Below are positions 28,842 to 38,445 of a DNA stretch of 64,000 bases, piece after piece; the first letter of the stretch is position 1, and the number at the start of each line of letters is the position of its first letter. Below the pieces are notes generated by a model. That model searched no databases, was not told where the DNA came from, and worked only from the letters and a program-made list of their open reading frames with translations. The translations under genes were made by a program, and so were the position numbers. The stretch is from assembly GCA_050950825.1 (NCBI GenBank), contig JBMNIH010000010.1, forward strand, positions 1-64,000. Direction: 5' to 3'. The stretch comes from Clostridia bacterium (lineage in GTDB: Bacteria > Bacillota > Clostridia > JAAYHZ01).

Positions 28842-30571
28842 AAAGATGGTTTAAATATGTAAAACCCTATCTCCCGTATTTTATCATCGGTCCGTTGTGT
28901 ATGATCATTGAAGTCATCGGGGAAGTGTTGATGCCCAAGCTTCTATCCAATATCATCAACAATGCCAATGCGGGAGCATTGACGGTAGGGTCTAGTATAG
29001 GAACAATGTTTTTGATGATTCTCATCGCCGTCATCATGATGGCGGGAGGCGTAGGCGGCGCCTATTTCGGAGCGAAAGCCTCCGTTAACTTCGCTACGGA
29101 CCTAAGAGCCGATGCCTATGCAAAGATTCAGAAATTTTCTTTTTCCAGCATCGATAAATTTTCCACGGGCTCCTTGGTTACTCGCTTGACCAACGACATA
29201 GCCCAGCTGCAGAATTTCATCAACATGCTTCTTCGTATGGCATTAAGGGCTCCGGGCATGCTTATTGCCGCATTGATCATGGCCATATTGCTTCAGCCCT
29301 CCTTATCCGTCGTACTGGCCGTTACCATTCCTTTAATGTTAATTGTTATCGGTTTTATCATAAAAAACGGTTTTTCACGATTCGGTGCTATGCAAGAAAA
29401 AATTGACCGTTTGAACACCAACGTTCAAGAAAACTTGACCAATGTTCGTGTAGTCAAATCCTTCGTAAGAGAAGACCATGAAATCGATAAGTTCGCAAAA
29501 ACCAATCGGACTTTAAAAGAAGCAAGCATGGATGCATTCAAGGTGATGATCTTCATGCAGCCGGCGATTACCGTATTCATTAACATCACCACCTTGGCCG
29601 TCGTATGGTTCGGCGGTAAAACCGTACTCAAGAACGGAATGGAAGTAGGGGATCTGTCCGCTTACTTGACATACGTCACCCAAATTTTGTCCTCATTGAT
29701 GATGATCACCATGATGCTTATGTTTTCCTCCCGTGCCCTTGCATCCGCCCGCCGTATTCGGGAAATATTGGAGGAAAAAATCGATATGGACGATACAAAT
29801 GCGGCACATCCCGATAAAGAGGTTACGGAAGGGGCCATTGAGTTTCGTAACGTTACCTTCCGCTATTACAAAACAAGTGAAAAACCGGTTTTGGATCGTA
29901 TTAATTTGACGATAAAGCCGGGGTCTACCGTGGGAATCATCGGTTCTACCGGCTGCGGCAAAACCACCTTGGTTTCCATGATTCCTCGTCTTTACGACAC
30001 GGACGAAGGCGAAGTTTTGGTAGACGGTGTCAACGTTAAGGACTATTCCTTGAAGCGTTTAAGAGACGGAATCGGTATGGTACTCCAGCAGAACACTCTC
30101 TTTTCCGGAACCATTGCGGAAAATCTCCGTTGGGGAAATCCGAATGCAACGGAGGAGGATATTGAAAAAGCTGCAATCCAATCTCAAGCCGATAAATTTA
30201 TCGGCTTAATGAAAGAAAAATACGATACCGTTGTGGAACACGGCGGCACAAACCTTTCCGGAGGGCAAAAACAGCGTTTGTGCATAGCAAGAGCCCTGAT
30301 TAAAAAACCGAAAATCATCATTCTGGACGATTCCACTTCAGCGGTGGATACGGCTACGGAAGCCCTTATTCGAAGAAGCTTTAAAAACGAACTGAAGGGC
30401 TCCACTAAAATCATTATCGCCCAGCGAATTTCTTCCGTTATTGATGCCGATGAAATTATTGTCATGGACGACGGCAAGGTTACCGGAATCGGCACTCACG
30501 AAGAGCTGCTTGCTTCCAACAAAGAATACCAAGAAATCGTTTATTCCCAAAACGGACAGAAAGGAGCATAA
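28838..30571 (+). CDS. heterodimeric ABC exporter subunit (TM287-like)
   Basis: TMD+NBD; GSTGCGKT, LSGGQ; degenerate Walker B (LDDS) and switch (AQR). Confidence 0.93.
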   Translation: MKRWFKYVKPYLPYFIIGPLCMIIEVIGEVLMPKLLSNIINNANAGALTVGSSIGTMFLMILIAVIMMAGGVGGAYFGAKASVNFATDLRADAYAKIQKFSFSSIDKFSTGSLVTRLTNDIAQLQNFINMLLRMALRAPGMLIAALIMAILLQPSLSVVLAVTIPLMLIVIGFIIKNGFSRFGAMQEKIDRLNTNVQENLTNVRVVKSFVREDHEIDKFAKTNRTLKEASMDAFKVMIFMQPAITVFINITTLAVVWFGGKTVLKNGMEVGDLSAYLTYVTQILSSLMMITMMLMFSSRALASARRIREILEEKIDMDDTNAAHPDKEVTEGAIEFRNVTFRYYKTSEKPVLDRINLTIKPGSTVGIIGSTGCGKTTLVSMIPRLYDTDEGEVLVDGVNVKDYSLKRLRDGIGMVLQQNTLFSGTIAENLRWGNPNATEEDIEKAAIQSQADKFIGLMKEKYDTVVEHGGTNLSGGQKQRLCIARALIKKPKIIILDDSTSAVDTATEALIRRSFKNELKGSTKIIIAQRISSVIDADEIIVMDDGKVTGIGTHEELLASNKEYQEIVYSQNGQKGA

Positions 30572-30574
30572 CCC

Positions 30575-32536
30575 ATGGCAAGAAATTTGGAACAGCTTCA
30601 GCAGCGATACAGCAACACTTCCGCTTTCACAAAAGGGCCGGGAGGCCCGGGGGGACCCGGTAGAAGAGGCGGCCCCGGCGGACCGAGAGCCATGATGGGA
30701 GGAAAACCGAAAGACGCAAAGAAAACCTTGGTCCGGCTTATGCACTATCTGGACCCTTACAAATTTCATTTTCTGTTGGTATTTCTTTGCATGATCGTCA
30801 GCACGGTTACTTCTCTGGTGGGCTCCTATTTCATGGCCCCCATCATTGACAAATTAACAGTAGCCGTGGTACCCGGTGCCGTTACGAAAACAGGCCGAAT
30901 CCAGCAAATTGCGGACGGCATTATCGTAAGTTTAACGCAAAAGCTTCATGTAGGAGATCAAGTTCTGCCCTACATTATCACCGCCATCGGACTTTTAGGC
31001 GTCATATACTTAATCGGTATCGTTACTACATACCTGCAGAGCCGGCTGATGTTAACCATTACTCAGGGGTCTTTGGAAACCTTGCGAAACGATTTGTTTA
31101 AAAAGCTTCAAAAGCTGCCCCTTCGCTATTACGATTCCAAGCCCACCGGTGAAATTATGTCGCGCTTTACCAACGATATTGACAATGTAAGCATGGCATT
31201 GAGCAACTCCTTTACGTCCTTGGTGTCCGGTACCATAACGTTGATCGGTACTTTATTCTTTATGATCTCCACCAACCGGATATTGACTTTAATTACGGTG
31301 ATCTTTGTTCCTATCTTCTTACGAGGAGGAATATGGATTGCAAAAATGTCCTCCAAATACTACAGGGGACAGCAAGCGGCATTAGGCGCCATTAACGGAT
31401 ATATGGAGGAGACCATTACCGGCCAGAAGGTTATTAAAACCTTCAATCACGAAGAAATTTGTATCGAAGAATTCAGCCTGCTTAACGGCGATATGAAAGA
31501 CAAACAGTTTAAGGCCCAATTTTGGGGAGGCATTATGGGGCCCATCATGGGCAACATTTCCCAGATCTCGTATGCCGTTACCGTGGGCGTCGGAGGCGTT
31601 CTTATGGTGACATCCGGTCTTACCCCCGGAGCGTTAACGGTGTTTGCCAACTATTCCAGGCACTTTTCCATGCCCGTAAACACCATTTCCCAGCAAATGA
31701 CCTCTATTTTTGCAGCATTGGCCGGAGCCGAACGTGTTTTTGAAGTCATGGACCAACCTCCGGAAGAACCGGACAAAGAAGACGCAAAGACCATGGAAAA
31801 CATGAAAGGCCACGTAATCATGAAGGACGTAACCTTCGGGTACATAAAGGACAAGATCGTTTTAAAGAACATCAACCTTTACGCCAAGCCCGGTCAAAAG
31901 GTTGCTTTCGTAGGTTCTACGGGAGCCGGGAAAACCACCGTTACCAATTTGCTGAATCGCTTTTATGACATATCCCAAGGCTCCATTACCATTGACGGGG
32001 TGGATATTAAAGACATTAAAAGAGACGAGCTTCGGAAGAACATCGCCATGGTATTGCAGGATACCCATTTGTTCACCGGAACCATTATGGAAAACATTCG
32101 ATACGGTCGATTGGATGCTACCGACGAAGAAGTCATAGAAGCGGCAAAAACCGCCAATGCCCACGGCTTTATCGAGCGGTTGGAAAAAGGCTACGATACC
32201 GTTATCGAAGGAGACGGCGCCAACCTTTCCCAAGGCCAGCGGCAGCTTCTCAATATCGCCCGAGCCGCCCTCAGTAAAGCACCCATATTGGTGCTAGACG
32301 AAGCCACGTCATCGGTGGATACCCGAACGGAAAAGCAAATCGAAAAGGGAATGGACAGCTTAATGAAAAACCGCACCACCTTTGTCATTGCCCACAGACT
32401 GTCTACCGTTCGAAATGCCAATGTGATCATGGTTTTAGAGCAAGGGGAAATCATCGAACGCGGTACCCACGAGGAACTGCTTGAACTAAAGGGAAGGTAT
32501 TACGAGCTGTATACCGGAATGAGAGAATTGGAATAA
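30575..32536 (+). CDS. heterodimeric ABC exporter subunit (TM288-like)
   Basis: TMD+NBD; GSTGAGKT, LSQGQ, LDEATS, AHRLST. Confidence 0.93.
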   Translation: MARNLEQLQQRYSNTSAFTKGPGGPGGPGRRGGPGGPRAMMGGKPKDAKKTLVRLMHYLDPYKFHFLLVFLCMIVSTVTSLVGSYFMAPIIDKLTVAVVPGAVTKTGRIQQIADGIIVSLTQKLHVGDQVLPYIITAIGLLGVIYLIGIVTTYLQSRLMLTITQGSLETLRNDLFKKLQKLPLRYYDSKPTGEIMSRFTNDIDNVSMALSNSFTSLVSGTITLIGTLFFMISTNRILTLITVIFVPIFLRGGIWIAKMSSKYYRGQQAALGAINGYMEETITGQKVIKTFNHEEICIEEFSLLNGDMKDKQFKAQFWGGIMGPIMGNISQISYAVTVGVGGVLMVTSGLTPGALTVFANYSRHFSMPVNTISQQMTSIFAALAGAERVFEVMDQPPEEPDKEDAKTMENMKGHVIMKDVTFGYIKDKIVLKNINLYAKPGQKVAFVGSTGAGKTTVTNLLNRFYDISQGSITIDGVDIKDIKRDELRKNIAMVLQDTHLFTGTIMENIRYGRLDATDEEVIEAAKTANAHGFIERLEKGYDTVIEGDGANLSQGQRQLLNIARAALSKAPILVLDEATSSVDTRTEKQIEKGMDSLMKNRTTFVIAHRLSTVRNANVIMVLEQGEIIERGTHEELLELKGRYYELYTGMRELE

Positions 32537-32542
32537 AAAATG

Positions 32543-32583
32543 AAAAGCAAATCCGCCGAAAGTATGGGGGATTTGCTTTTTTT
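32543..32583. terminator. bidirectional terminator
   Basis: AAAAGCAAATCC...GGATTTGCTTTT. Confidence 0.8.
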
Positions 32584-32584
32584 A

Positions 32585-33286
32585 TTATACCGGTGTAAAA
32601 ACACTTTTCGGAGCTCTGCATAAAGGACAGGTCCAGTCTTCAGGCAGATCGTTGAAGGAAGTTCCGGGCTTGATGCCGTGCTCCTCGTCCCCTTCTGCCG
32701 GGTCGTAAATATATCCGCAAATGGGACAACGATATTTCGGATATCCCGAAGCCGCTTCTTTTTGTAAGCTTCCTTCCTCCTCCGGTCCCCGATATGTCGG
32801 CGCCGTTTTGGGAGCCGTCCCTTTTTTCACTTCGTGATAATAGGCGTAGGTTAATGGCTTGTCCTTCTTAAACACCATCGCGTCAATCACATCCCCAATA
32901 AACATGGTATGGGTGCCTACGTCTACCGTTTGCTTCACATTGCACTCCAAATACCCGAGGCAGTGGTCGATGATAATGGGGGATCCTCCTTGCGCGTTGA
33001 TATAATCGAGTCCGGCAAACTTATCCGTGTCGCGTCCGCTTTTAAATCCGAACAAACCGATAATATCCATGGGGGTATCCGTTGAGAGTATGCATACTCC
33101 GAATCGTTTGGCCCTCATAATCATTTCATGGGTTAAATTTTCTTTGTTGATGCATACGGTAATGGTTTTCGGCTCCGCCGTAACCTGAAAAACCGTATTG
33201 GCTATTTGTCCGTTGATTCGATCTTGATCGCGTACCGTTATGATATAGAGTCCGTACGTTATGTCATAAAGCGCTTTGTCATCCAT
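32585..33286 (-). CDS. flavin reductase-rubredoxin fusion (high-molecular-weight rubredoxin)
   Basis: [25 protein letters not shown]; C-terminal [10 protein letters not shown]...W.CPLC. Confidence 0.9.
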   Translation of the reverse strand: MDDKALYDITYGLYIITVRDQDRINGQIANTVFQVTAEPKTITVCINKENLTHEMIMRAKRFGVCILSTDTPMDIIGLFGFKSGRDTDKFAGLDYINAQGGSPIIIDHCLGYLECNVKQTVDVGTHTMFIGDVIDAMVFKKDKPLTYAYYHEVKKGTAPKTAPTYRGPEEEGSLQKEAASGYPKYRCPICGYIYDPAEGDEEHGIKPGTSFNDLPEDWTCPLCRAPKSVFTPV

Positions 33287-33460
33287 AAAAGAAATCCTTT
33301 CTCCGTCTGACATTTATTGTTCATCTATATAGTATCATTTTCCTTGCCGGAATTCTATATAAAATAAGCGGAAGATACCCATTGTCCCTATATCTCACCG
33401 ATCGGTTACGTTATGGTACAATTGCGTTAAACAAAAATAGAAAGGAAGAGATCTTTGCAT

Positions 33461-34162
33461 ATGAAAGGAAAAACGGCAGTGGTAACCGGCGGAGCAAAAG
33501 GAATCGGAAAAAATATTTGCGACGCTTTTCGAAGGGAAGGAGCCAATGTCTGCGTAATTGACGTGCTTCCCAATGACTATTTCGTTGGCGATATCGCCGA
33601 TGAGAAGACTCTTGTGGCATTTTCTCAAAAAGTGATTCAAGACTACAACAAAATCGACTTTTTAATCAACAACGCCTGCTTGACAAAAGGAGGCATCCAT
33701 ACCTGCAGTTATGACGATTTCAATTACGTTCTTCGCGTCGGCGTAACGGCACCGTTTATGTTAACCAAATTATTTAAAGATCACTTTAATCCGGGAGGCT
33801 GCATCGTAAACATTTCTTCAATCCGGCACATGATGAGCCAAGCGGATACGGAAAGCTACACGGCGACAAAAGGAGCCATCACCGCATTAACCCACGGATT
33901 GGCCATAAGCCTTGCCGGGAAAGTGCGGGTAAACGCCATTTCTCCCGGTTGGATCGATACAACCTACGGCGTTTTCAGTGAGGAAGACAACAAGCAGCAT
34001 CCCGTTGGCCGCATAGGGCTTCCGGAAGACATTACAAACGCCGTCATGTTTCTCTGCAGCGATAAAAGCGGTTTTATCACCGGGCAGGATATAACGATTG
34101 ACGGCGGCATGTCAAAACTCCTAATCTATCATAACGAGTGCGGCTGGACATATAACAAGTAG
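33461..34162 (+). CDS. SDR family oxidoreductase
   Basis: TGGAKGIG, NNA, YTATK, ISPGWI motifs. Confidence 0.92.
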   Translation: MKGKTAVVTGGAKGIGKNICDAFRREGANVCVIDVLPNDYFVGDIADEKTLVAFSQKVIQDYNKIDFLINNACLTKGGIHTCSYDDFNYVLRVGVTAPFMLTKLFKDHFNPGGCIVNISSIRHMMSQADTESYTATKGAITALTHGLAISLAGKVRVNAISPGWIDTTYGVFSEEDNKQHPVGRIGLPEDITNAVMFLCSDKSGFITGQDITIDGGMSKLLIYHNECGWTYNK

Positions 34163-34354
34163 CTAAGCATCGATCTCCGTATCTTTTTTACCCTTTTTAC
34201 GTTGTCGGACGCATTCGGTCAAAAGGTATTCGATTTGTCCGTTGATGGAGCGAAATTCTTCGGCGGACCATTGGGCAAGCTCTTTCCACAGGGATGACGA
34301 TATTCTTAAAACGATTTGCTTTTTTTCATCGTTTTCGTTTTTCAAGATCATCAT
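34163..34354 (-). CDS. Arc-like ribbon-helix-helix protein
   Basis: KKQIVLR...W...EFRSINGQIEYLL; follows the SPFH gene. Confidence 0.85.
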   Translation of the reverse strand: MMILKNENDEKKQIVLRISSSLWKELAQWSAEEFRSINGQIEYLLTECVRQRKKGKKDTEIDA

Positions 34355-34368
34355 CCCCCTTTTCTTTC

Positions 34369-35409
34369 TTAATAAAGCGATCCACTGTTTACCACCGGTT
34401 GCGCATCCCTGTTACCGCAAAGAACCACTAACAAATTGCTAACCATGGCAGCCTTTCTTTCTTCGTCCAATTCCACTATACCGTTTTCGCTGAGCTTGGA
34501 CAAAGCCATTTCCACCATCCCGACGGCTCCTTCTACGATCATTTGCCTTGCGTCGATGATTGCCGAAGCTTGCTGTCTTTGAAGCATCGCCGCCGCAATT
34601 TCCGGAGCATAAGCCAAGTGGGTGATTCTGGCTTCCAAAATCTCCAGTCCCGCGACCTCCACTCTCGCTTGAATATCCTTCGCCAATCGATCGGAAACCT
34701 CTTGGCTGCTGCCCCTTAGCGATTTTTCATTGTCCTTGTCACCGGATACATCGTAAGGATAAAGCCTTACAATGTTTCTTAAAGCCGCATCGCTTTGAAT
34801 GGATAAAAACTCGGTGTAGTTATCCACGTTGAATACCGCTTTCGCCGTGTTTACTACTCTCCAAATGACCACAATTCCGATTATAACGGGATTGCCCAAT
34901 AAATCGTTGACTTTTTGCTTGTCGTTATTCAATGTAACGGCTTTTAAAGATATGACCTTTCTTCTGGTTAAAGCGCTAAGGTCCGTTGCCATAGGCTGGC
35001 TTTTTGCCGTGGGAAGGACCTGCTCCGGTATGATTTTCCCGGAAGAGGTGGCTTTCAAAGCAGGATTGACAGCCGTAACAAAAGGATTGACAAAGTAGAA
35101 ACCCGCTCCTTTTAATGTACCGTAGTATTTTCCGAAAAGAGTAAACACATACGCTTCGTTCGGGCCTAAGACCTTTAAACCGGCAAACAATACGGGACCG
35201 ACTATGAAAGCATATAAAGAACCGACCACAATCAATATGACCCATCCCGCTCCGCCGCCTTCTTCAAGCCGGACGGCGCTGACGACGAATAAAGCGAGAA
35301 ATCCGATAATCAACACAATATTCAGCAGCAACATCATCATACCGTTTGTATGTTTTGCCTTGATCTCTTGATATTCCGTCATTTTTCCTACTACCGAATT
35401 GTTTTCCAT
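34369..35409 (-). CDS. SPFH/Band 7 domain membrane protein
   Basis: Two TMs; [29 protein letters not shown] motifs. Confidence 0.92.
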   Translation of the reverse strand: MENNSVVGKMTEYQEIKAKHTNGMMMLLLNIVLIIGFLALFVVSAVRLEEGGGAGWVILIVVGSLYAFIVGPVLFAGLKVLGPNEAYVFTLFGKYYGTLKGAGFYFVNPFVTAVNPALKATSSGKIIPEQVLPTAKSQPMATDLSALTRRKVISLKAVTLNNDKQKVNDLLGNPVIIGIVVIWRVVNTAKAVFNVDNYTEFLSIQSDAALRNIVRLYPYDVSGDKDNEKSLRGSSQEVSDRLAKDIQARVEVAGLEILEARITHLAYAPEIAAAMLQRQQASAIIDARQMIVEGAVGMVEMALSKLSENGIVELDEERKAAMVSNLLVVLCGNRDAQPVVNSGSLY

Positions 35410-35454
35410 ATGCCACGATTCTCCTTTCACGAAATTTTATAATCATCCTTATAT

Positions 35455-35493
35455 TGATATGTAAATGATATCATTTTGATATCACTTTGATAA
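35455..35493. promoter_or_regulatory. TGATATCA array at 11-bp period (putative RHH operator)
   Basis: TGATAT 35455, TGATATCA 35466, TGATATCA 35477, TGATAA 35488, upstream of the SPFH-RHH operon. Confidence 0.65.
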
Positions 35494-35584
35494 TACAATA
35501 AATAACCGAAGATGTAAACAGTCATTGAAAAAAAAGTATAAATACCGGTATACTTAAAAAAACAGAACAAAGAGGAGAAAACGG

Positions 35585-35845
35585 ATGAAAGAGCTTACCT
35601 ATTTTTATTTACCCGGATGCCCGTTTTGTAAACAAGCATCGGCTTGGATGGAGGAACTTATCAAAGAAAATCCCGATTACGGGAAAATTCCCGTACAACG
35701 AGTAGACGAAAGGCAGAATCGAGCATTAGCCGATCAATACGACTATTGGCTCGTTCCCTCTTTCTTTATAGGAGACGAAAAGCTGCACGAAGGTGCCGCA
35801 ACGAAGGATATTATTAAAAAAGTTCTTGACAAAGCCTTGGAATAA
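35585..35845 (+). CDS. glutaredoxin/thioredoxin-like protein
   Basis: CPFC active site, cis-Pro VP; GAGGAG SD. Confidence 0.88.
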   Translation: MKELTYFYLPGCPFCKQASAWMEELIKENPDYGKIPVQRVDERQNRALADQYDYWLVPSFFIGDEKLHEGAATKDIIKKVLDKALE

Positions 35846-35931
35846 AAATAAAAGGGTCCGTTCCTCTATTCAACAACACCAACCACGAAATATTGCTGTA
35901 GATGAACGGACTCGCAACTAAAGGGAGGCTT

Positions 35932-38442
35932 CTACGGAATAACAACCGGATCTTTCTTTAAGTTAAATACATTATCTTTAACGATGAATTTATCGTAATA
36001 ATCGGAATTCCAACCGTACAAATACCCTTTTTCATAGGCATCCAACGGCATATACACGGCGTTTCGGTAAAACTCCTGTACTCCGGAGGGCAGCCCTCGT
36101 ATGAGATACGGGTATTTTTCCGATAAAAAGGTATTGTGATAAATCATGATATTTTCTCCTGCCGTGGATGTTCCGTCTTTTCGGTCACTGCCGCCGTGCA
36201 TATCGAAGCAATGGCTCAAAGAGTGGCCCATCTGCAGGTTGTAACGTGCCGTATAACCGGAGCCGGGTTCCCCGCTTCCTTGAATGTCGTGACGATTGTA
36301 ATCGAACAAATTGTATTCGATTAACGATATCGCCTTTCCGTGGCTTACGCCGTAGCCTAAGCCGTTTCTTTGGTTGTGGTGGATGTAGTTATGATGGATG
36401 TGATGATTTTTGCTTTCACCGGAGATGCTGATGGCACCGGTGCTGAAGCCCGCCAATTCGCAATTATCCACCTGCAACCCGTTATAATTGGTCAGCAGCC
36501 CGTACATGGTAACCAATTTAAAATAGTAGTCGTGGCCTTTCGGATTATCGCCGCCAAAGGACCTTTTATGGAAATCCAATCTCGGTTCGGGATCCGGACC
36601 CTTGATGCACATTCCGGTAATGCGGACATTTTCTTTTAACTCAAATACCGGTGCATAAAAAGTATCGCAGTATATCAATGCTCCCGGAGAATCACCGTTT
36701 CCGCGGTCGCTTGCGATGGTTACGCCGCTGTTCACCTTTAAGGTGTTGCTGATAACGGTTAAATCAATCGTCGCATTTCCTTTGACGAAAATAACTTCTC
36801 CTTCCTTGGCTTTCGACAAAGCATCCGTGAATTCTTCCACGGTTTCCACTACGTAATCGCCGTCGGTAAAAATCTCATCATACCCGTACCCGCCTCCTAA
36901 AGGCCGGTCATCCGGTATGGCACCGTATTTTTCTCCGTCGATTACCGTGTAAGGTTGTTCCAAATAGTCGTATGCCAAATCATAGCCTTCGATTGTTCGA
37001 ATGATATTTTTAATGGAACCAAAGGTCTTTTCCTTTTCTTCCTCCTTCGAGCTTTCCAACTCCGTTAAAAGAGTGTTCATAAGGTCATGCACAACGCTTA
37101 AATCGCAGTAATAGATCCGGGCAGTGATATTGGCAGTCCTCATTTCGGGCGTATGCTTCGCCATATATTCCTCAATACGAAATTCGTCATCAATCTTCTT
37201 TTCATCCTGTAAATCTTTTAATCCGAAGGCGTTGCTTTCACCGAAGGAAGCATCCAAGCCTATATACTCTTCTTTCTTTTGGTACAAATGATTGTTCTTA
37301 AACTCGATGCTTTCGATCAAAAAGTCCTTTATATCCATAGCGGGAGCTTCGGAAAGCAGCGTATTGTTAACGATGACAACTCCTTCCGGTTCGTTATACG
37401 TTCCCTCGGCCTTCGATTTTTCCAATCTCAAAAAGCATTCCTTGGTATTACCCATGTCCACGTTGTTCGCGATTTCCAAACGAAGGGACGGCCTTTTGAC
37501 TCCTTTTATGGAAACTCGAAGATTATTAAACAAATTGCCTTCAACCCGAACAAAGGCTCCTTCCGCCAATACGCCGAATCCTCGGTTGACCGATTTGCAA
37601 TCGTGAATGTAATTGTTTTTTACAATCGCTTCTTCCGACCCGAAAATTTCAATGGCGGCGTAATTAAATCCGGATATTTCGCAATTATCTACCGTGGCAC
37701 CGGTACCGTTGATGAAAATACCGCTCATTTTCAATCGATTTTTCCAATCTCTTTCCTTTGCATCCGGACCTTGTATGCGCAGTCCGGTTACACGAGCGTT
37801 TTTGTCCATTTGGATGAAAGGAACCGCCCGCATGGCGCTTGTATAAATCATGCCGCCCTTTGATCCGTTGTTTCCACGATCGGAGGCTAACGTTACGCCT
37901 TCCTTTAATTTGATATCGTATTGGTCCGCATACATAAACTCCGTCATATCGATCTTTACGTCCCTCGGTACGAATATGACGTCACCGGCTTCGGCTTTTT
38001 CCAAAGCATTCACCAGCTCCTCGGCATTTTTAACGACGTATTTGCCGGTTTGGAGAATTTCGGGATATCCCGCTCCCCCTCCTACGGGACCTTGGTCGTC
38101 GGTAATTCCGTAACGAATACCGTCCTTTTCAACGGTTAAATAAGGCAGGCAGCTGTAGTATCGGAAGGATTCTTCCATCTCCCTTATGAGGAATGCCAAA
38201 ACCTTCGAAGCGTCTTCCTTGGATATTTTTTCGTTTTTGTATTCATAAAGCAAAACCTCCAAGGATCGATGAATGAAGTATGGGTCAATGAAAAAGCTGC
38301 CAACGGCTAACTTGAATTCACCGAAGAGATTTTCCGGTTTGATTCCCTCGGAGCTTTCGGAAATTTTTACGCAACCTTGGTTGCTTCCCGCCAATAACAG
38401 CGTCATCGCCATCATATAGAACAAAAACCTATTTCTTTTCAT
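35932..38442 (-). CDS. exported right-handed beta-helix protein with two tandem copies of the domain
   Basis: Signal-peptide-like N-terminus ending NQGC; DNCEI.GF, HHNYIHHN, NLF repeats; internal duplication. Confidence 0.8.
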   Translation of the reverse strand: MKRNRFLFYMMAMTLLLAGSNQGCVKISESSEGIKPENLFGEFKLAVGSFFIDPYFIHRSLEVLLYEYKNEKISKEDASKVLAFLIREMEESFRYYSCLPYLTVEKDGIRYGITDDQGPVGGGAGYPEILQTGKYVVKNAEELVNALEKAEAGDVIFVPRDVKIDMTEFMYADQYDIKLKEGVTLASDRGNNGSKGGMIYTSAMRAVPFIQMDKNARVTGLRIQGPDAKERDWKNRLKMSGIFINGTGATVDNCEISGFNYAAIEIFGSEEAIVKNNYIHDCKSVNRGFGVLAEGAFVRVEGNLFNNLRVSIKGVKRPSLRLEIANNVDMGNTKECFLRLEKSKAEGTYNEPEGVVIVNNTLLSEAPAMDIKDFLIESIEFKNNHLYQKKEEYIGLDASFGESNAFGLKDLQDEKKIDDEFRIEEYMAKHTPEMRTANITARIYYCDLSVVHDLMNTLLTELESSKEEEKEKTFGSIKNIIRTIEGYDLAYDYLEQPYTVIDGEKYGAIPDDRPLGGGYGYDEIFTDGDYVVETVEEFTDALSKAKEGEVIFVKGNATIDLTVISNTLKVNSGVTIASDRGNGDSPGALIYCDTFYAPVFELKENVRITGMCIKGPDPEPRLDFHKRSFGGDNPKGHDYYFKLVTMYGLLTNYNGLQVDNCELAGFSTGAISISGESKNHHIHHNYIHHNQRNGLGYGVSHGKAISLIEYNLFDYNRHDIQGSGEPGSGYTARYNLQMGHSLSHCFDMHGGSDRKDGTSTAGENIMIYHNTFLSEKYPYLIRGLPSGVQEFYRNAVYMPLDAYEKGYLYGWNSDYYDKFIVKDNVFNLKKDPVVIP

Positions 38443-38445
38443 CCT

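Noticed and set aside
30635-30690. GC-rich GGCCC/CCGG repeats
   Set aside because: They encode the Gly/Pro N-terminal extension common in TM288-like ABC subunits.
35856-35911. 14-bp imperfect inverted repeat with a large loop (MITE-like)
   Set aside because: Single copy in the window between convergent genes, with no target duplication seen; most simply a terminator-like structure.
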